DNA of 64,000 nt from Callorhinchus milii. Lineage: Eukaryota. Under the pieces are notes generated by a model, which ran no database searches, was not told where the DNA came from, and worked only from the letters and a program-made list of their open reading frames with translations. The translations under genes and the position numbers were made by a program. Shown piece after piece: positions 25,437 through 37,754 of this stretch (the stretch's first letter is position 1; each line of letters begins with the position of its first letter). Location: positions 16,680,001 through 16,744,000 of the forward strand of contig NW_024704742.1 of NCBI RefSeq assembly GCF_018977255.1. The letters run 5' to 3'.

Positions 25437-26154
25437 CGGTACGATTGAGGGTTATCATCAGTTTTTGGTAAATAGCGAATTACCAATTGATCTGTGTGGG
25501 CGAGATCTGCTCTGTAAAATGGGGATAATCATCCAATGTACCCCGGATGGCATTACCTTATTGGCACCCGAACGCGAATACCTAAAACTGTGCTCCTTGG
25601 TTTCTCCCAGCTCTCAGAAACTACAATCCCCAGGTTATTTTTGTTGGACATTGAAAAGGCCTGAGGTGTTATATTCTATCATGTTACTTTATGTTAGTGA
25701 GCCACTTCTTGAATGTTATTTTTTGGAGCATGTTTTAACACCACCTACTTCCCCATTGCATTGTACGGCCTTCTACGTCGACAACAAGGAAGTGGACATA
25801 ACTCGTTTCAAAGAGCATGTCGCGGTTGCTTCCACTATTCAGGCTCATTTCCTCTATTTGGGACCGCAGGGTATTGCAGCTGCATGTACTCTGATAACGG
25901 AGGAGCAGCTTTATTTTAAAGGTAATAATTCTGACCCTCATGTAACATTAAGAATAGCGGATGGGTTCAGCCCAAAGGACTTAGGGCAAATGGTCAGGAA
26001 TGCAAACTGGTCACCAAATTTCACCGAACTTTGCCCTGACATTTTATACGACCCGTGCTTGCGGATTTATAAACTGTGTATTGATCCCCTCTCACTTTTT
26101 ACCATGTTTGAGTTTATTCGGCACACTCACAATTCACCTTCCACAATGCCTTAA
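25426..26154 (+). CDS. Open frame: retroviral protease C-terminus followed by a CNPase-like 2H phosphoesterase domain
   Basis: HQFLVNSELPIDLCGRDLL is the protease tail. It is followed by GYFCWTL, LHCTAF (His 25759), FLYLGPQGIAAACTLITEEQL and PHVTL (His 25939), giving two HxT motifs 60 aa apart. The stop lies in the CR1 flank. Expression is unknown. Confidence 0.8.
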   Translation, partial: DIGDGTIEGYHQFLVNSELPIDLCGRDLLCKMGIIIQCTPDGITLLAPEREYLKLCSLVSPSSQKLQSPGYFCWTLKRPEVLYSIMLLYVSEPLLECYFLEHVLTPPTSPLHCTAFYVDNKEVDITRFKEHVAVASTIQAHFLYLGPQGIAAACTLITEEQLYFKGNNSDPHVTLRIADGFSPKDLGQMVRNANWSPNFTELCPDILYDPCLRIYKLCIDPLSLFTMFEFIRHTHNSPSTMP

Positions 26155-26263
26155 ATTTATTTCCAGCCCGGCGGTGACATCCTTCACCCTGGCCCCAGGA
26201 AGACAACAGAGTCTTCTTTTCTTCCTGCTACGGCTACAGAAAACTGTATCAGTCCTCCCGACT
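26146..26263 (-). pseudogene. CR1 ORF1 SGNH-esterase domain, N-terminal part
   Basis: Reverse strand reads GRTDTVFCSRSRKKRRLCCLPGARVKDVTAGLEINLRH. It joins in frame to EGEFPIVMVHIGTND once the insert and one ATGC are removed. Confidence 0.88.
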
Positions 26264-26324
26264 GAGATTTTTGAAGGGAAGCATCATGGCTGGTTTTGTT
26301 GTTCACTTTTGTTAAAAAAATTTA

Positions 26325-26418
26325 TGAATTATATATATAATTATATATATATATAATTATATATATATATATAATTATATATACAATATATATATATATA
26401 TAAAATTATATAATTTAA
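26325..26418. repeat. (TA)n microsatellite
   Basis: Imperfect TA repeats. Confidence 0.9.
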
Positions 26419-29400
26419 TCTCCCCTTCGAGCATGATAGTCAAACCAATTAAAAATGTACCTACATTGGTGTTCTTCCCAATGAACATTCCTCATGAGGT
26501 TAGATGTTCAATTATCTCTGTACTTTGCTATTTAAAGCATGTACCAGGTCAGTAAATCAAACAGTTTCTAATGATTTGGTTGATAGACTTTTATTATTGA
26601 TAGACTCTTGCATTAGAAATTAGCAATACAACTTTAAAATCAAACCAGAGGTTCACGTTGTAGCACAAATATTGTTTGGCAAAACACACTTTCTCCAATG
26701 GCCAAAGTTGCAGCATTTCAGGTAAGAAGTGACTTAAAGTTCATAAGACCTTTCTTTTCAACCACACTTTTGGTTCGCTTTTCCCCTCTCCTACCAATCG
26801 CCCCCATGCCCCCCTCCCCACCCCCCCCCGGCCTCACACCTTTGTCTGACACACCTTTGTCTTCGTATTCCCCATCCTAGTCTAGCAGTTATCTCTGTGA
26901 AGAGCTTTGAGACACCCTCCTGATGTGAAAGGTGCTATATACGCCCACAAAATACAATCAATTCACTTTACAATATATTCTGTCTCAAAGACGTGATAAA
27001 GTGCTATATCAAATGCAAGGATTATTATTATATACATCTAAGTTGTTGTTGAAACTAGGAAGAAGAAAATGCAGTTTATTGACTTTCTAATCGCGGATGA
27101 GGGCAGTTTAGATACACATGCAGGAGACATGATGATGTCAGCCACATTGTTGAGTGTCTTTTTAAAAATAAGAATTCAACACTTGTGATGAGATTTAGAT
27201 ACTTAAATCTGAAGGAATATTGGAACAGAAGTGTTTCAAACCTATCGAGAGACATTAATACATGCAGCATTTCTTTCAGGTGATGGTCTCAGGGAATGAA
27301 TCAGTTGCATTTGGGAAATGGGGCATTTTTGTGATACGCAGTAATAATATCTTTCCAAATGAAATACACTTTGTTTTGATGCTAACATTCATTTGACAGT
27401 AGCGTAGTGGAGGCGACCTGTCAGAATTCAGCTATTGGTGAGAAAAGGCAATACATGAGGAAATATAATTTGCATTGCAAGATTTGGTGTTGAAAATGGC
27501 TGCAGTCTAATGCGGGACATTAACAGACTTATGTCCAAGAAGTATTTAAATGTGAAAAATCATGACAACATTCATTTCCCAACAGACTCTTGCAGATGAA
27601 TTGTACAGTTTCCTCATCTAAAATGACTTGTATAATCACGTCCCTCAAATATATGCAAAATTGTTTTGCGTGAGCCAGGACATTATTTTAGACAATGTAA
27701 ACCTATACCTGGATGAGATAATCCCAGTATTCCAGTTCACTTCTCATATTTGCCATCAAGTTATGTTTGGAATAAATTAGACAACTTGCTTCTGTCACTT
27801 GTGGGCCTGAGTGCTTTTACAGCAGTATAATTATTACTAATTAGTCTAGTTTATGCAGTCTTCTACAAACTACCCAGGTGTACAGATTCCGGTCAGGAAA
27901 AATCCCAGTCAAGATAAAGTGTTGATTTTCCGAAAAGAGAGTGACAAAAACTGTATAGCAGTGGTTTAAGACTATATTATCAAGGCACTTGCAGATGGAA
28001 ATGGCTTCTTACCAGGCTCTTTGAGTCAAGGTAATGCATAAACAAATCAGCCAGATCAATGTGCTACAGCACAAACTCCGCATTAATCAGGCACAGTAGA
28101 CCGGCTGATGTAGATAACATTACACAAATTACCAAACTGTTGCACAGAGCTTTAGATATCTTTGTCGCAGGGGTCAGGCCAGCAGCCTGAGGCAACCTGC
28201 TGTGCGAGCATAGAGGGCTCAGCATTTCAGATTTCCTTGTGGACCTCCACATTAAACTTTTGGAAGAATGACTCAGAGCTTCAGTTGATATTGTGGTTCT
28301 TGAAAGGAACATCTTAACCAAACAAGGCTTCTTACCCTCAGTCGTCAAAATGTTTCTGACATCTGAGAAAACCTCAAATCGCAAGTTGAAGTGTTATGTA
28401 AGAAAACATGCATTGATGCTGACATCATAACTCTAGTCCATTGGGATTGATAGAGCAGAAAGTTTGTTGTACTCAGAATGCTATTAAATGAGGAATTTTT
28501 ACCTCATTCACTAAACTTCTGCTTGGCAGCTACATGGCTTATCGTGAATAGGCAGAAAATTCCACTTGGAGAATATCGTGCTTGTGCAGATACATATCGA
28601 AACTTTGGTCAGGCTTTGTTTTTTTAAAAAAATGCACATCCAGCATTACAGCAAACATGATGTCTCCTGCATTAATGTGAGTATGTGATCAAAGTGTGAT
28701 CAAAGTTGCCACAGTTTGAGATTTGCCAGGATTATTATTTGCCATTAGAAATCTTGTGACTCTCACAAACCAATATGCAGTGGCAATTAATGCAACAAAT
28801 CCAGTTTATGAATTAGACTTCACTGTTAAGTTAACTCATTGGGATCTTCATGGTTAGAGAACTAAGGTTATGATCCAAGAAGAGGTCTTATGAACAGGTT
28901 GGCAGGAAAGTTGGTAGAGGCCAGAACACATTTTAAAAGCAGCTTCATGCAGTGAAGATGTGAGTGTAGGGTGGATGTTCTCGAGGAATAAGATTGGAAG
29001 GGCAGAAGGGCTTCTTCATACAGACCAATTTTGTAATTTTGTGATCTTGTGAAATTGGTTTCGGAAAGATCAACTGTGTAAAATTGATGAGGAATTGTAC
29101 ATGTTTCATCAAAGCTGTCCACGGGTGATTATGCATGAAATGCTTATTGAATTTTGATGAAGAGGACTATATTTGCAGTACATAATCTAATAAGTATTCA
29201 CATTGAATTTGCTTTGCTCCTCAAGACTTACATCATCCCCAGTCGGGTAGAAGACAAAGTATTAAGGACTCAGCTTTCAAACTGATTAGGTTGTAATTAG
29301 AGTACTGTGTACACATTTGGTGACATAGGGGGCTGCCCGGGCTTAGCCTAGAGGCAATACATTATGTGCAGATATCAGAATCCCATTATTTTGCAAAAAG

Positions 29401-32400
29401 CATGAAAAATACAGAATTGTGGGAAACATTAGCTTAGAAATTGATTGGCTGTAGAACTGAAAGCATTGATGAATTAGTTACATCAGGCTCATTCTTGTGC
29501 AACATTTGTATGTCACACTTAATGATGTTGTTATCACACATCAGCCTTGATATCTGAGATAGCAGAGGCTGTTGGATTTAGCATTTCTTCTTATAGATGG
29601 GTTAGTTAGGGTGTTAATTGAATCTTGAGGGTTCCTTAGAATGTGTCCAACCTGACAAAGGTGCTGCTGGTGTCTGATTTCTGATCAGGGTTAAATTTCC
29701 ATGTGTGAGTAGACATTGCAATTAGTAATTCTAGGCATTGAAATTAATTTTAAATTATATCAACTGATCATAAATTTACGATTATAGGTAATAACCCAGC
29801 TTGAGCCATCGTTGAGCAAGTCTAAAATGTATGAGACTGTACAGGTGATTAACTATGGTTAATTGTGCTTCTAAACCATCACCTAATCTAGGGCTGAAAT
29901 CTTCTATGTAAATTTCAGTGTCACTTAAGAATCAAGATATGTATAGTAAATGATTTTATTTATATCTCATTGCCAATTGCTGGGCATGGAACAATTGCCA
30001 CATGATTGCCACATTTATGTGCTTCCAGTATTTTGAGCTATCTTCTTCTCCATCTGTGCTATTTTCTATGACAGCAATTTAATTTGCAAAATTGGGTCGG
30101 TTCTGAATTTTCAGTGCATTATTTTCTCTACCTTTATAAGTGTGATATAAAATCGTAAACGTACTCTGACATACTCAACATGCTAAAAACATCAGTTTTG
30201 CATATTTACTAAAACAACCGGTTTACCAATTCTGAAATTTTTGTGAAAAATGATTTGAAGAAGGGAATCTGTACAACGTAAAATACCACAGGAACGGGAA
30301 CATAAGCATTCTAAAGGTTTCCATTCCTCATATTTACAAAGACTAAATGGTCATTGATGCTGAGCAAATGCAACCACTCATATCAAACTGAAAATTTAAA
30401 TGTATCTCTGCATATAGACAGCTGGCATTTAGAAAACTGTTTTGTGCACCTGTGTATTAGCAAACACGTTTGTTTGCTTGTTTGCACATATTTAGTGTGC
30501 ATAAAGGTAATACTTATCCCTTTTTCCAATTTGATTGGTGAATATAAATGTTCTCTTATTTTAAAAACCCTTTTTAATTTTTTTTGACATGGTGAAAAAT
30601 TACATTGTGCATGTAAACTGGAAACATTACAGCTTTAAAATGCACTGCAAAGCATGTCATTCTGGGAGCTGTATGATGGTTAGTTTACTGATCAATAATG
30701 TAATAATACACATCATTGCTTTCAAATGATGCACAGCTGTACGCTTCATGAGCTTTTTAAGAAAAAGCATCGTCAGGTTTTAGATTTTCATAACAGTTCA
30801 TTTAAAACAAACAGGAAACAAATTAAAATGAAATTCAGACCCAGTTAACATCTTCATAAGCTGTATTAAATGTATCTTTGGAGGCTACTGAAATTGTATC
30901 ATGTGTAATGCCTGAGGTACATAGTATTACAGTTGATCCAGATTGTACGTGATCTTTGGGCATGAATACTCTCACTTGAACTACAGGTTTAAAATAATTA
31001 TCAATGCCTAATGCTGTAAATTACATTCTGTATTGAAACAAATACACAGTGCAGAACAATTACAAATTGTACTTCTATTTATTTGCAATCAGCTTATTTG
31101 TCAAAACGGTTCAGGATAGATTAAAGCTTTATTTAAACATTCATTAGTACAGTTGCATGTTGCGTTATAATTTGCATAAATCTGGAATAGAACCTTCCTT
31201 TTATATAACCTCATGCATATGGAGAGAGTATTTGGGATTACTCTGCTTCACTAAGTGTGTTTTATCAGAGTGGTTCTGACTGGCTAGCTGTTTTTTGTTT
31301 TGAAATGGTCAGACATAGCAGGAGCAAAAATCTCACAAATTTAGAAAAAAGATTTGAATGAAGAAGGCCTTTTGGCCCATTTGATCTCATCCTTCCAGAA
31401 TACCCACCCTACCATCTTCACAATACAGCATCACACTATTTCTTGAATGAGCCTAGCATCCACACAGCCACTTTTCTTGTAAGAATAAAGATAAGAGAGG
31501 AATAGAATGAATGCAGTGTTGTCAGTTGGACAATCAGTGTAATTTGAATGGCAATACGGTGCAAAATGCAAGTATTCCTTTAGGAAAATACAATGATGCA
31601 CAATGTGGGAATGTGTGCTTCAGTATTCAGTATTATAATAGTTTGAAGGCAGGATTTGTAACACTGAATAATACCCTGCCATACTGTGAATGTTGTAATT
31701 AGTAATCCATGTAAATCCTGATTTAGTAAATCAAATACAGTTCTGTCATTTACACTTGCTTTTTCATTTGATAGTGCATAGGTTCATGATACATAATACA
31801 TGCAGCTGTACTGATGATCACATTTTAATATACTGAATCCTAAATGCATGTCAGGTTAATATTTTACCTTTTTTATATACAATATAAGAGATCACTTTAT
31901 TTTCATTTAATAATTATGTTCACTGTTTCACTATCATTAATGAGTTCATGTTATAGTCAACATAATGAGGCTAGAACAAAAGTGTTGCTACAGTTGATAT
32001 CACAATACTTTTATAGTTTTACACTGACCAATAGAAATATTGGATATCATGGCAGCTAAGATAAACGAAAAGTAATTTTTTTTTGGTCAGCCAGATGTCT
32101 GACACATGTGGAAACCCAGAGCCGTTGGGGCGAGCTGAGGAAGGAGAGACCAAAATCATGTGTCAAAAAGAAAACTCTTAGGGTAGGCTGTAAAGGTGGG
32201 GAGGGAAGGGGCCAAGGTACTCCGGGATGGAGGCCCACAAAATGGGGACAGAATGGTTGAAAGCTCACCCTCCGATGGTGAGATGGGTCAGGCGGGGAAC
32301 AACAAGCAGGGCAGTGTTTATTGAGCAGAGAGTGGCTGAGGTGGTAGATTTGTAGGAGGTAGGTAGGGTGGGGCAAGACCATGGAGGGATTTAAACATAA

Positions 32401-33354
32401 AACTGCTTATTGAATTCAGTCTATTAGGTAAAATCACTTGAAAGGCCAAGCGAATTTCATTGACTTCTTCAGAGATTTTATTTTAAGACATACTATAAAA
32501 GGCATGTTGAACAGGCAATATAACACTCTCATTGCATCTTCTTTATATGGCTCAGAGGCACTATTTTTAAAAACAATACTGGCATTTGATTGGCAGTGAG
32601 TGACACAGAACAGTTTAGATATGCACATTAATGTAGGACTTGATATTTCCCATTGAGGCTATTCTTCATATTTGATGAAATATGTTTATTTATCAAATGG
32701 GGATACATATGCAGGAACTTGAGAAAAAAAACACAACGGTATAATTTTTGATTGAATGACATGAAAAATGTTTGTAAAATATAGGGCAGTCAGAATGGAC
32801 AAGATAGTTTAATGCAACATTGTCTGTGAGTGAGCATATTTGATATTAGTGATATTTTAGCCAGTACGTATCACAATTTTATTTGCTGTGGGCTCTAAAA
32901 AGTCTTTCAAATTTGCATAGAATGTAACTGAATACATTAGTTTACTGAAAACTAAGTAAGCATTGTGCATAGCCTTTGGATAATTCTTGGCTCCTTATAA
33001 TAATTTTATATGTGCAAGAGAAAAAGTTCAACTTAGGCAACTAATTAAGATTTTAAAAGAGCTCTGAGATTTTACCATAATACTGTAACTAGAGAACATA
33101 TTTTTGTAAAACCTGTTTTCTACCACTAGACACTGCTTGTTTAACCTGGATGCTATGCTGCACTGTCAAATATTTTTTGCAGGTTTGCTGAAAATAGCTT
33201 TTGGCAAATTGAAGGTCGGATGTAAAATTGTAAATCTAGAATCTTGCTATCTCTAGGCCTTCTGATGAATATTGGATATTCTGTCATGTTGTTGACAATG
33301 CTTGATACCGACATGTAGATGGAGATACCATACAGATGTAGGGTGGGATTATAC

Positions 33355-33612
33355 TACCCGGCAGGACGAAACCTTGGGCAACTTTCCTTAGTCCACACGC
33401 CTGATAATAATCCCTCATGAAAACAAACCAAAAAAAAAAAATAATTTGGTCACTCAATCCATGACTGTTTGTGGGACACTGCTGTGCGCAATTGGCTGCT
33501 GCATTTCACCCACAAATATACAGTCAATTCACTTTACGTATATTCTGTGAAGCGCTTTGCGATGTCTAGAAGACGTTAAAAGCGCTATGTCAAATGCAAG
33601 GATTATTATTAT
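33355..33612 (+). mobile_element. 5'-truncated tRNA-derived SINE
   Basis: Runs cgaaaccttgggcaa...AAATGCAAGGATTATTATT. Further 3' fragments lie near 1960-2150, 5410-5520, 7210-7385, 10110-10235, 26940-27030, 48740-48860(-) and 59030-59180(-). Confidence 0.8.
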
Positions 33613-35889
33613 AATACTTTCAACCTGAGTAGGGTGTTGGGATTACCTTTGTGTTTAAAAAGATTAGTTTTGCTGTAGAACATAAATTATCATTATTTCT
33701 CCAAAATGCAGCACTATAGCTCTGCCTTCAAACTGTGCAGATTTTGATATTTGAAGATGTTTTTCGTGTGACTTGTTACTTTGGGTTGTAGATATGCTGG
33801 ATGCTTTGGGGCTAACTTACAAGGTTATTTAGCACTTTTGGAACGAAACAGCAGCAGAATGAGAAACATCAAATGAGTGGAATTTGGACAAGGGAATCCC
33901 TTTGCTCCCTACTTCCTTTTTACTATGCTGCTTGATGCATACTTTTCAGTACAGATAAATATTTGATGATAATACTGCACCAGAATTCACTGTTTCTCCT
34001 TGTTGGCTTAATAATACAGAATTTATTATACCCTGAGGATGCTTGATGCCATGTAGCATGAGTATGGGACAGATGAACTCTCAATTGAATCTGTAACATA
34101 CAGGCTCTTACAGAATGTTTAATGATGTCAGAGGCAGCAGGCTGACGTCTTCATTTCTTTGTGGTTGAAAGCTGAATGATCTTTGCATTACTGGTGAAGC
34201 TATAGAATTGTTCCAGGTATTCTACTTCAGAGCACATTTTCACGGCTTAAAACCCAATGCTGCATTTAGGTGGGCAAAGGCATTATCACTAAAAAGGAAT
34301 ATAGAGACCAAAATTCCACTGATGCTATTAAACATAGAGATGTATGTAAACAAAAGCAATAGTGGACAAACATGCTGACAAAATTGCTGAGTGCTACTCC
34401 TAGCAATACTCCTCAAAAACAAATGTAACAACAGTTTGTGGAAAATGAAAGGTCATTTCAGTTTCTTACGAGCTGTTGAGGTGCAAAATTCTGCTGTTGA
34501 AAAAACACATTGAAAATTGAATATTTAACCCCAGTTCAGATTAGTAATGAGAACAAAAACTATGAGTTAGGAGTAAGAAGTGAGATTTGCATGGAGTGAA
34601 AGAGTGTAGATTGAAAAGATCAATATTGCTCCTTATGATTTTGTTTTTTGAATTCCATTGAAGAACTCCATTCATATCCATCCTGACCAGAATTCTGTTC
34701 AAAGATTGAATTCCAATACAATTGCAATCTGCTTAATATCAATGCAACTTAAACACCAAATGTTGAGTTTGTTAAATAATCTTGTGAAGCAAATTTGGCA
34801 TTTTCTGATCTGCAGAGGTCACCGCAGATGGATGAGGACATCTTTATAGTATAGCTTTGGAAACACGTCTTGAATTGAGCTGACTTCTATTATCTGCTTG
34901 GTACATTTAAAGCCAGATTAATTGTATTAATAGAAACGCGCCAAGATTCAACAAGCTAAGATGAAGTAAGGCTTTACCAGCCATTTCCCCAGTGAATGTG
35001 TATTCTCAAACATAGTATTGTATTGCCAGGATAAATTTAGAGTGAGAAACAGAGGGCATAACAGTATTTTTAACGGGTGTCTGACTTTTACGACTAATTT
35101 GATCTTTTGTGTGGCTGTCTATCACATTTAAACTCATTGACTGTGATGGCAATTCATAGGTGGTGCAGTCTTACACTCTACTAACCATCAGAAAATTAGC
35201 TGAGTTTTCACAATATCACATTGGTAAACATACAACAGAAATTCAGGTCCAGTGTATTGGTAATTGTTTGTAGGCAAATGTTGCAGTCATTTTGTGCATG
35301 GCAAGGTGCCTCAAACAGCAATGACAAGAATGGCCAATTAATTTGGAAGAAGAATGGCCAATTAATTTGGAAGATTGTTGACCAAGTCGTTAAGAGGATC
35401 TCAGTTCTCTTTCCAAACAAAAAAGTCGCATGACAGGCCATGTGGCTCATCATCATTGTTTCATGATCCTTAGCATCCAACGGATCTCCATTAATATCTC
35501 AACTGAAAAACAACACGTCCAACATTGGAATGCTTATGGTATGAGACGGGGCCAGTGCTGTGCTGGAGTATTGGTCTAGACTAGAGTGGCAATGATCTTG
35601 ATTCTGATGGGGTCTTGAAACCATAACATTTTGACAAAAAACCTTCAAACTCAAATGAAAAAGGACTCTGGAAGCATTATTATTATTTTATTATTATGAT
35701 AATATCCATTATTACTATAATAGCCAGAGACTAATTAGTATTTGTAGGAGTTTATTCAACTCTTTATTAAGTAAGCCAGTAACTCCATGGTCCTTTACAG
35801 TTTTTCAAATATTGTCAGGTGGTCTCCCTTTAAAATCATTAATAAATGTTATATATTATGTATCTGTGTACTAAAAGGCAATCTGTGAT

Positions 35890-36330
35890 TCAGGCTAGCT
35901 CAGTTGATCTCACTCTCACCCCTGTGTCAGAAGGTTGTAAGTTCAAGCCCACGTCAGGACTTGAACTCACGTAGTTTATCTGACACTCCAGTAAATTGCT
36001 GGGGCTATGTTGCATTGTTGGAGATGCTGTACTTTGTTTGAGACATTAAATCAAGGTCCCATCTGCCTGTTCAGGTGGACGTTAAAGATTCCCTGGCACT
36101 ACTCAAAAAGAAAAGGGAGTTTCTCCCAGTGTCCCAGGCAACGGGAGACACAATTTTTTTTAAAAAAATGATCATTTGTTTTAAGGTTGTTTGTGTGACA
36201 TTGCTGCTAGGCTGCTGTATTCCCCTACAAATACAGTCACTACATTTCACAATATATCATGTGAAGCACTTTGGGAAGTTCTCCCAATATGAAAGGTGTT
36301 ATATCAAAATGCAAGGATTACTATTATTCT
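35890..36330 (+). mobile_element. Deu-domain SINE, near full length
   Basis: tRNA-like head, Deu domain and L2-like tail. Confidence 0.75.
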
Positions 36331-37582
36331 AGCAAAACTAGAATTAAAAATAAATGATAGAATCCACAATTTCTTGTTGCAGATTATTCTTGGAACAAGT
36401 TGAAAAATTCCAATTGTTTTGTTTTTATTTTCATACAGTTATGCCATTGCAAAGGGTTAACTCCAGTAGATTGCAGCTAAAAAAGAATTTCCATTTGATA
36501 CACGCGTCATGACAGATAGAACAAAATGTTTGAAATAATTGTTTGAAAGCAATATGATTATGTGACTTGAATTAATGTTACGGTTAATAAAGTGGATTTA
36601 ATATCCTCAGCAAGACAGATGATTTATATAGTTTACGTTATTAAGAGGAACATCCCAATATTTTATTCTTTTATCTCACTGGTAGTCAGTCTTCACTTCT
36701 GTTTAATCTTTGATGTTTTATTTCAAAAGATAGATATTCTTGGTACAAATCTATGAGCACTTGAATTATAAATGTAAAGGTTTTGCTGTGCATTCTGAGT
36801 GTGTCTTACTGCAGTATATTATCAATGCTTGTCTTGCATCCTTCGTCATGGTGGGTACAGTTCACAAATAGAGATATTCATGGGTTTGGCGAAAGCATAA
36901 AGTGGAGAATTAGGATTAAAAGGTTTGCCAAAATCTAATAAACTGGTGCAACAAGTTTGATGAGCTGAATGGCCTCCTCCTATTCCCGTTTTCCTATGTT
37001 TCTAAATACATTATAGCAATAATAATTCTTGAATTTGATATTGTGCCTTTTTACATCGTCGAGACTTCTCAAAATGCTTCGCAAGAATTTTATTGTGAAG
37101 AGTAGTGACTGTGTATTTGAAGCTGAGCTAAGTTGCACACAGCAATGTCCCACAAGCATCCATGGAGTGAATGACCATTTAAAAAGATTGTACCCTGTTC
37201 TATGTTAAAGGCTGACAAGAGTTAGTCGGCACTGACTCTGAGCCTGCCGGAGTATTGGGGCTTCCTGACTTTCAAGATCCAATCACATCTTTGCAAAACA
37301 TATTTAATTGTAAATTCCAGTTGTTGGATTATCTTGTAATTTTTTATTTGGTTTAATATTTATTTTCAAGCTATTATGTTGTGAGTCATGGTGATATGTC
37401 CCATAAATAGCATTTTACCGATTGGACAAGAAATCTGTCTTGACCAGTAAAATGTGGTGTTAAAGGACTCCAACAGCTGGAGTTTTACAGAGTTTACTGT
37501 GAAATTTCTCTTGCAGATAAAATATCAAAAATGGCATTGAATCTTGATCTAAAAAACAAGAAACATCACTCTGGGGGAGCTG

Positions 37583-37597
37583 TTGCCACCTAGTGGT
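37583..37597 (-). promoter_or_regulatory. Candidate CTCF site
   Basis: Reverse strand ACCACTAGGTGGCAA matches the CCAC(C/T)AG(G/A)(G/T)GGC core. Confidence 0.5.
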
Positions 37598-37754
37598 CAT
37601 TTAGTTTTAAAAACTAAACATCACAAATTATTAGTATTAGTCACCATCAGCAATAGTTGGGAAAAGTCATATATTCAGGCCTTTTATGTGACATGTTAAA
37701 TAATGTGATATTCTCCCATACTCATAGTACCTAATATTATGGAATGCTTTGTAA

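Larger units (their letters stand above)
24121..26145 (+). mobile_element. Defective class I (gamma/epsilon-like) endogenous retrovirus with 15-bp terminal inverted repeats and a 4-bp TSD (ATGC)
   Basis: TGTGGAAGGTGAATT (24121-24135) and AATTCACCTTCCACA (26131-26145). ATGC at 24117-24120 and 26146-26149. Internal LTR, PBS, gag and pro-derived sequence. Confidence 0.9.
20870..26263 (-). mobile_element. 5'-truncated CR1-clade LINE (partial ORF1 esterase, ORF2 APE-RT, 3' UTR), interrupted by a retroviral insert at 24121-26145
   Basis: 3' end has (TTCTTATG)-type repeats near 20870-20892. ORF2 pieces and an SGNH-type ORF1 are present. ORF1 continues at 26146-26263 beyond the insert. Confidence 0.95.

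Noticed and set aside
26131..26145. Remnant of a normal 3' LTR
   Set aside because: It does not match the U5 end of the 5' LTR (gggttcgaca). It matches the inverted U3 start instead.
24121..26145. Autonomous DNA transposon (e.g. Ginger) or a solo LTR
   Set aside because: There is no transposase or integrase, and the interior is clearly LTR-PBS-gag-pro.
35326..35373. 24-bp tandem duplication (KNGQLIWK twice) as a coding repeat
   Set aside because: It lies within a decayed Deu-type SINE and is a simple slippage duplication.
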